A stretch of 63,985 nt of DNA, the filler included, from Octopus bimaculoides (Eukaryota), in the NCBI RefSeq assembly GCF_001194135.2. It is 9 parts of 8 records of this genome, joined end to end, with 100 filler letters (N's around TTAATTAATTAA, not from the genome) between each part and the next. Parts side by side here need not be neighbours in the genome. Positions count along the whole stretch, not along the records: positions 61,027 to 62,547 come from NW_026307601.1; positions 62,648 to 63,985 come from NW_026387048.1; 7 more parts are not named here. One strand, given 5' to 3'. A program made the position numbers and the translations under genes. Positions 61,628 to 63,985 of the stretch are shown in pieces. The notes below the pieces were generated by a model. It was not told the origin of the DNA, searched no databases, and saw only the letters and a list, made by a program, of their open reading frames with translations. Positions within the stretch are counted from its first letter, which is position 1. Each line of letters starts with the position of its first letter.

Positions 61628-63985
61628 TTAATCTTTTATTTACTTTCTTTTTTTATTTTTGTACCAGATATGGTTGTATGGTTAAGAAGTTTGTCTTGCA
61701 ATCACTTTGTCTCGAGTTCTTTACGTTCTGGGTTCAAAATCTCCCTTTCCCTCCCTCTGTCTCTCTCACTCTCTCCCTCTCTTTCTCTCTCCCTTTCTCG
61801 CCCTCTATGTCTCTCTCTCCCTTTCTCACGCTCTGTCTCTCTCTCCCTCCTCCCTCTCTCTCTCCCTTTCTCACCCTCCGACTCTCTCCCTTTCTTGCTC
61901 TCTGTCTCTCTCTCTCCCTTCCTCCCTCTCTCTTCTCTCTCTTTCCTTTGAATAGACTCTGTTCTTCCAAGTGGTTGGTCTCACGTCACCTCCACTCGTG
62001 TTTCCCCGACCCAGCCAGTTGCCTCTGCTCTCCTCTATAGTGGAGCTAGAGTGTGTGCCACCGGGGCAGCACTTCAGATTGTCATGCCCACCTTCGTAAA
62101 CCCAAACCTATACAGGCTTATACACTAAACCCACAAGTGCCGCACCCATAAAAGCATCACTTCCCCACCCCACCCCCGCCAAGCTACGCTGTAATATCGC
62201 CGTGAGCCAACACGGTCACGGAACACGCTAGAAATAGCAGCTAAATCTCTTAAATATAACCCTTATCACTGTACCGTCTATCCTATCACAATCATCACCA
62301 CCAAACACTACCACCATCACCACTATTTCCACCCTCACTCGAGTCTGGACCCACTCCACACCCTTATGACCTTCGGTACACACAAGGTACGTGACACACG
62401 TGAGCTGACCCTGTATTATATGTGTTTGTTTGACATGTGAGCAGATTATGAGGGGTGGCGTGTGAGGTACTACATGATAAGGTGGTGGTGGTGGTGTTGA
62501 TGGTGGCGGCGGTGGTGGCAGCGGTGGTGGTGGCGGTGGTGGTGGCGNNNNNNNNNNNNNNNNNNNNNNNNNNNNNNNNNNNNNNNNNNNNTTAATTAAT
62601 TAANNNNNNNNNNNNNNNNNNNNNNNNNNNNNNNNNNNNNNNNNNNNTTAAGATTTTCATGTTTAGGTTTTTATGTCAGTAGGCATGTGTTACATTTTTC
62701 ATGTGTTTGCTTTGATGTCATTGTATATCGTCAGGTATATAGCTTCTATAGTTAATCTTCCGTTTTTGTAACAAATTTATAACGTAAGTTGGTCGTTTCT
62801 AGCAGTTACCTATTTAATATTATTTTGTGTTGTGTACAATAATATTTTGGAAAAGCTCCATGTTGTAAGTGCATGGAGAGCACTCAAGAGACCTAATACT
62901 AGTATATTTAATGCATCAGTTAGAGTCCTGAATTTTGCAACTTTCTGTTTAACAATCACATTTATATATTTAATTAAATTACGTAGTTTGTTTTGGGGTT
63001 TCCGTTATTGTGGCATGTTATTAATAAAGGAAGGAAAGTTTTGAATGTTTATGTAGCATAACACACCGCAGGTATGTATATTCGCGACACATATATACAT
63101 ACATACCAATTAATCCGACCTTCAAAATTTGTTTCAGTAGTAGACAATCGCAATATAGTTGTATGTAGGTTTCTCACAGATGGTACCGATGTAGGGTCAT
63201 CATAGTCGTAGTTATAGTGGATCTGTACAACTCACAAAAATAGAAAAATTTATTTGTACACCCGGGGCTTTCTTTCCATGCGACTTATATTAGAAACAAT
63301 TTAAAAACACTATAGTTTAAAATTAACAATCATTCTTTTATGTTTAATTTAGAATATAATTTTTATTTCCCCGAAGATGTATTTATTTCGAAACATTATT
63401 TATTTAATGACAATTTCATATGACATTAATACAAACCTACAGGCAGATCTCTCTATATTTACGTACACATACACATAGAATTACATGTAATATAAACATG
63501 CAACTCAATATATATGTATACGTCTATATGTATATGTATGTGTATATATGTATATGTGTCTCCGTGTATGTGTATGTATTTAAATTATATATAGTATATA
63601 GGTGTGTGTTTTCAGATGTAGCTTCAAAAGGCTTCTATACCATACTATTATTGACAGTTGTAGTATATTTGAATTGTTGCATGTAATATGACCCGCGCCC
63701 ATAGAAACTTCGAAGCCTTTGACAATAAGATTATTAATATATATGTATGCACCCCCGTGCATATGTATGCATACGTCCTTTATATATATATATANNNNNN
63801 NNNNNNNNNNNNNNNNNNNNNNNNNNNNNNATATATATATATGAACAGAAATAAGGTAATATATGAACGGCCAGAAGCACATATAAAGACAGATATACAA
63901 ATATATGCAAAAGCATGCATACATGCACACAAGCACAAACACACAAAGACACAAATACATCCACGCATGCATACACACCTATATG

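Overview
This is AT-rich eukaryotic (animal) draft-assembly DNA with many N gaps, dense microsatellites and interspersed repeats. The SINE families and the repeat landscape look most like a coleoid cephalopod (Octopus-like); that is my inference, not a database result. No prokaryotic features or CRISPR arrays are present. Host genes: (1) a clear 198-bp minus-strand coding exon of CEP20/FOPNL (FOR20) at 18311-18508; (2) a large minus-strand terminal exon at 44584-45646 encoding an unusual Arg/Tyr/Asp-rich then Gly/His-repeat protein, with two phase-compatible upstream exon candidates; (3) an apparently intact tRNA-Gln(TTG) at 61114-61185 with an inverted, decayed twin. Mobile DNA: four Penelope-like (PLE) remnants of at least two types, two Ty3/Gypsy remnants (one with an LTR and primer-binding site), an L1/Tx1-type 3' end, mariner/Tc1, MULE and hAT-like relics, and many copies of several tRNA-derived SINE families. 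Best leads: two type-I hammerhead-ribozyme folds, each with one core substitution (2137-2182 behind a tRNA-like Pol III promoter; 5295-5367 inside a ~495-bp unit bounded by 72-bp direct repeats, retrozyme-like); the Gly/His protein; and a ~2-kb 20-bp minisatellite carrying at least 15 perfect heat-shock elements. Most ORFs in the supplied track are artefacts of microsatellites, N runs or stop-free repeats.
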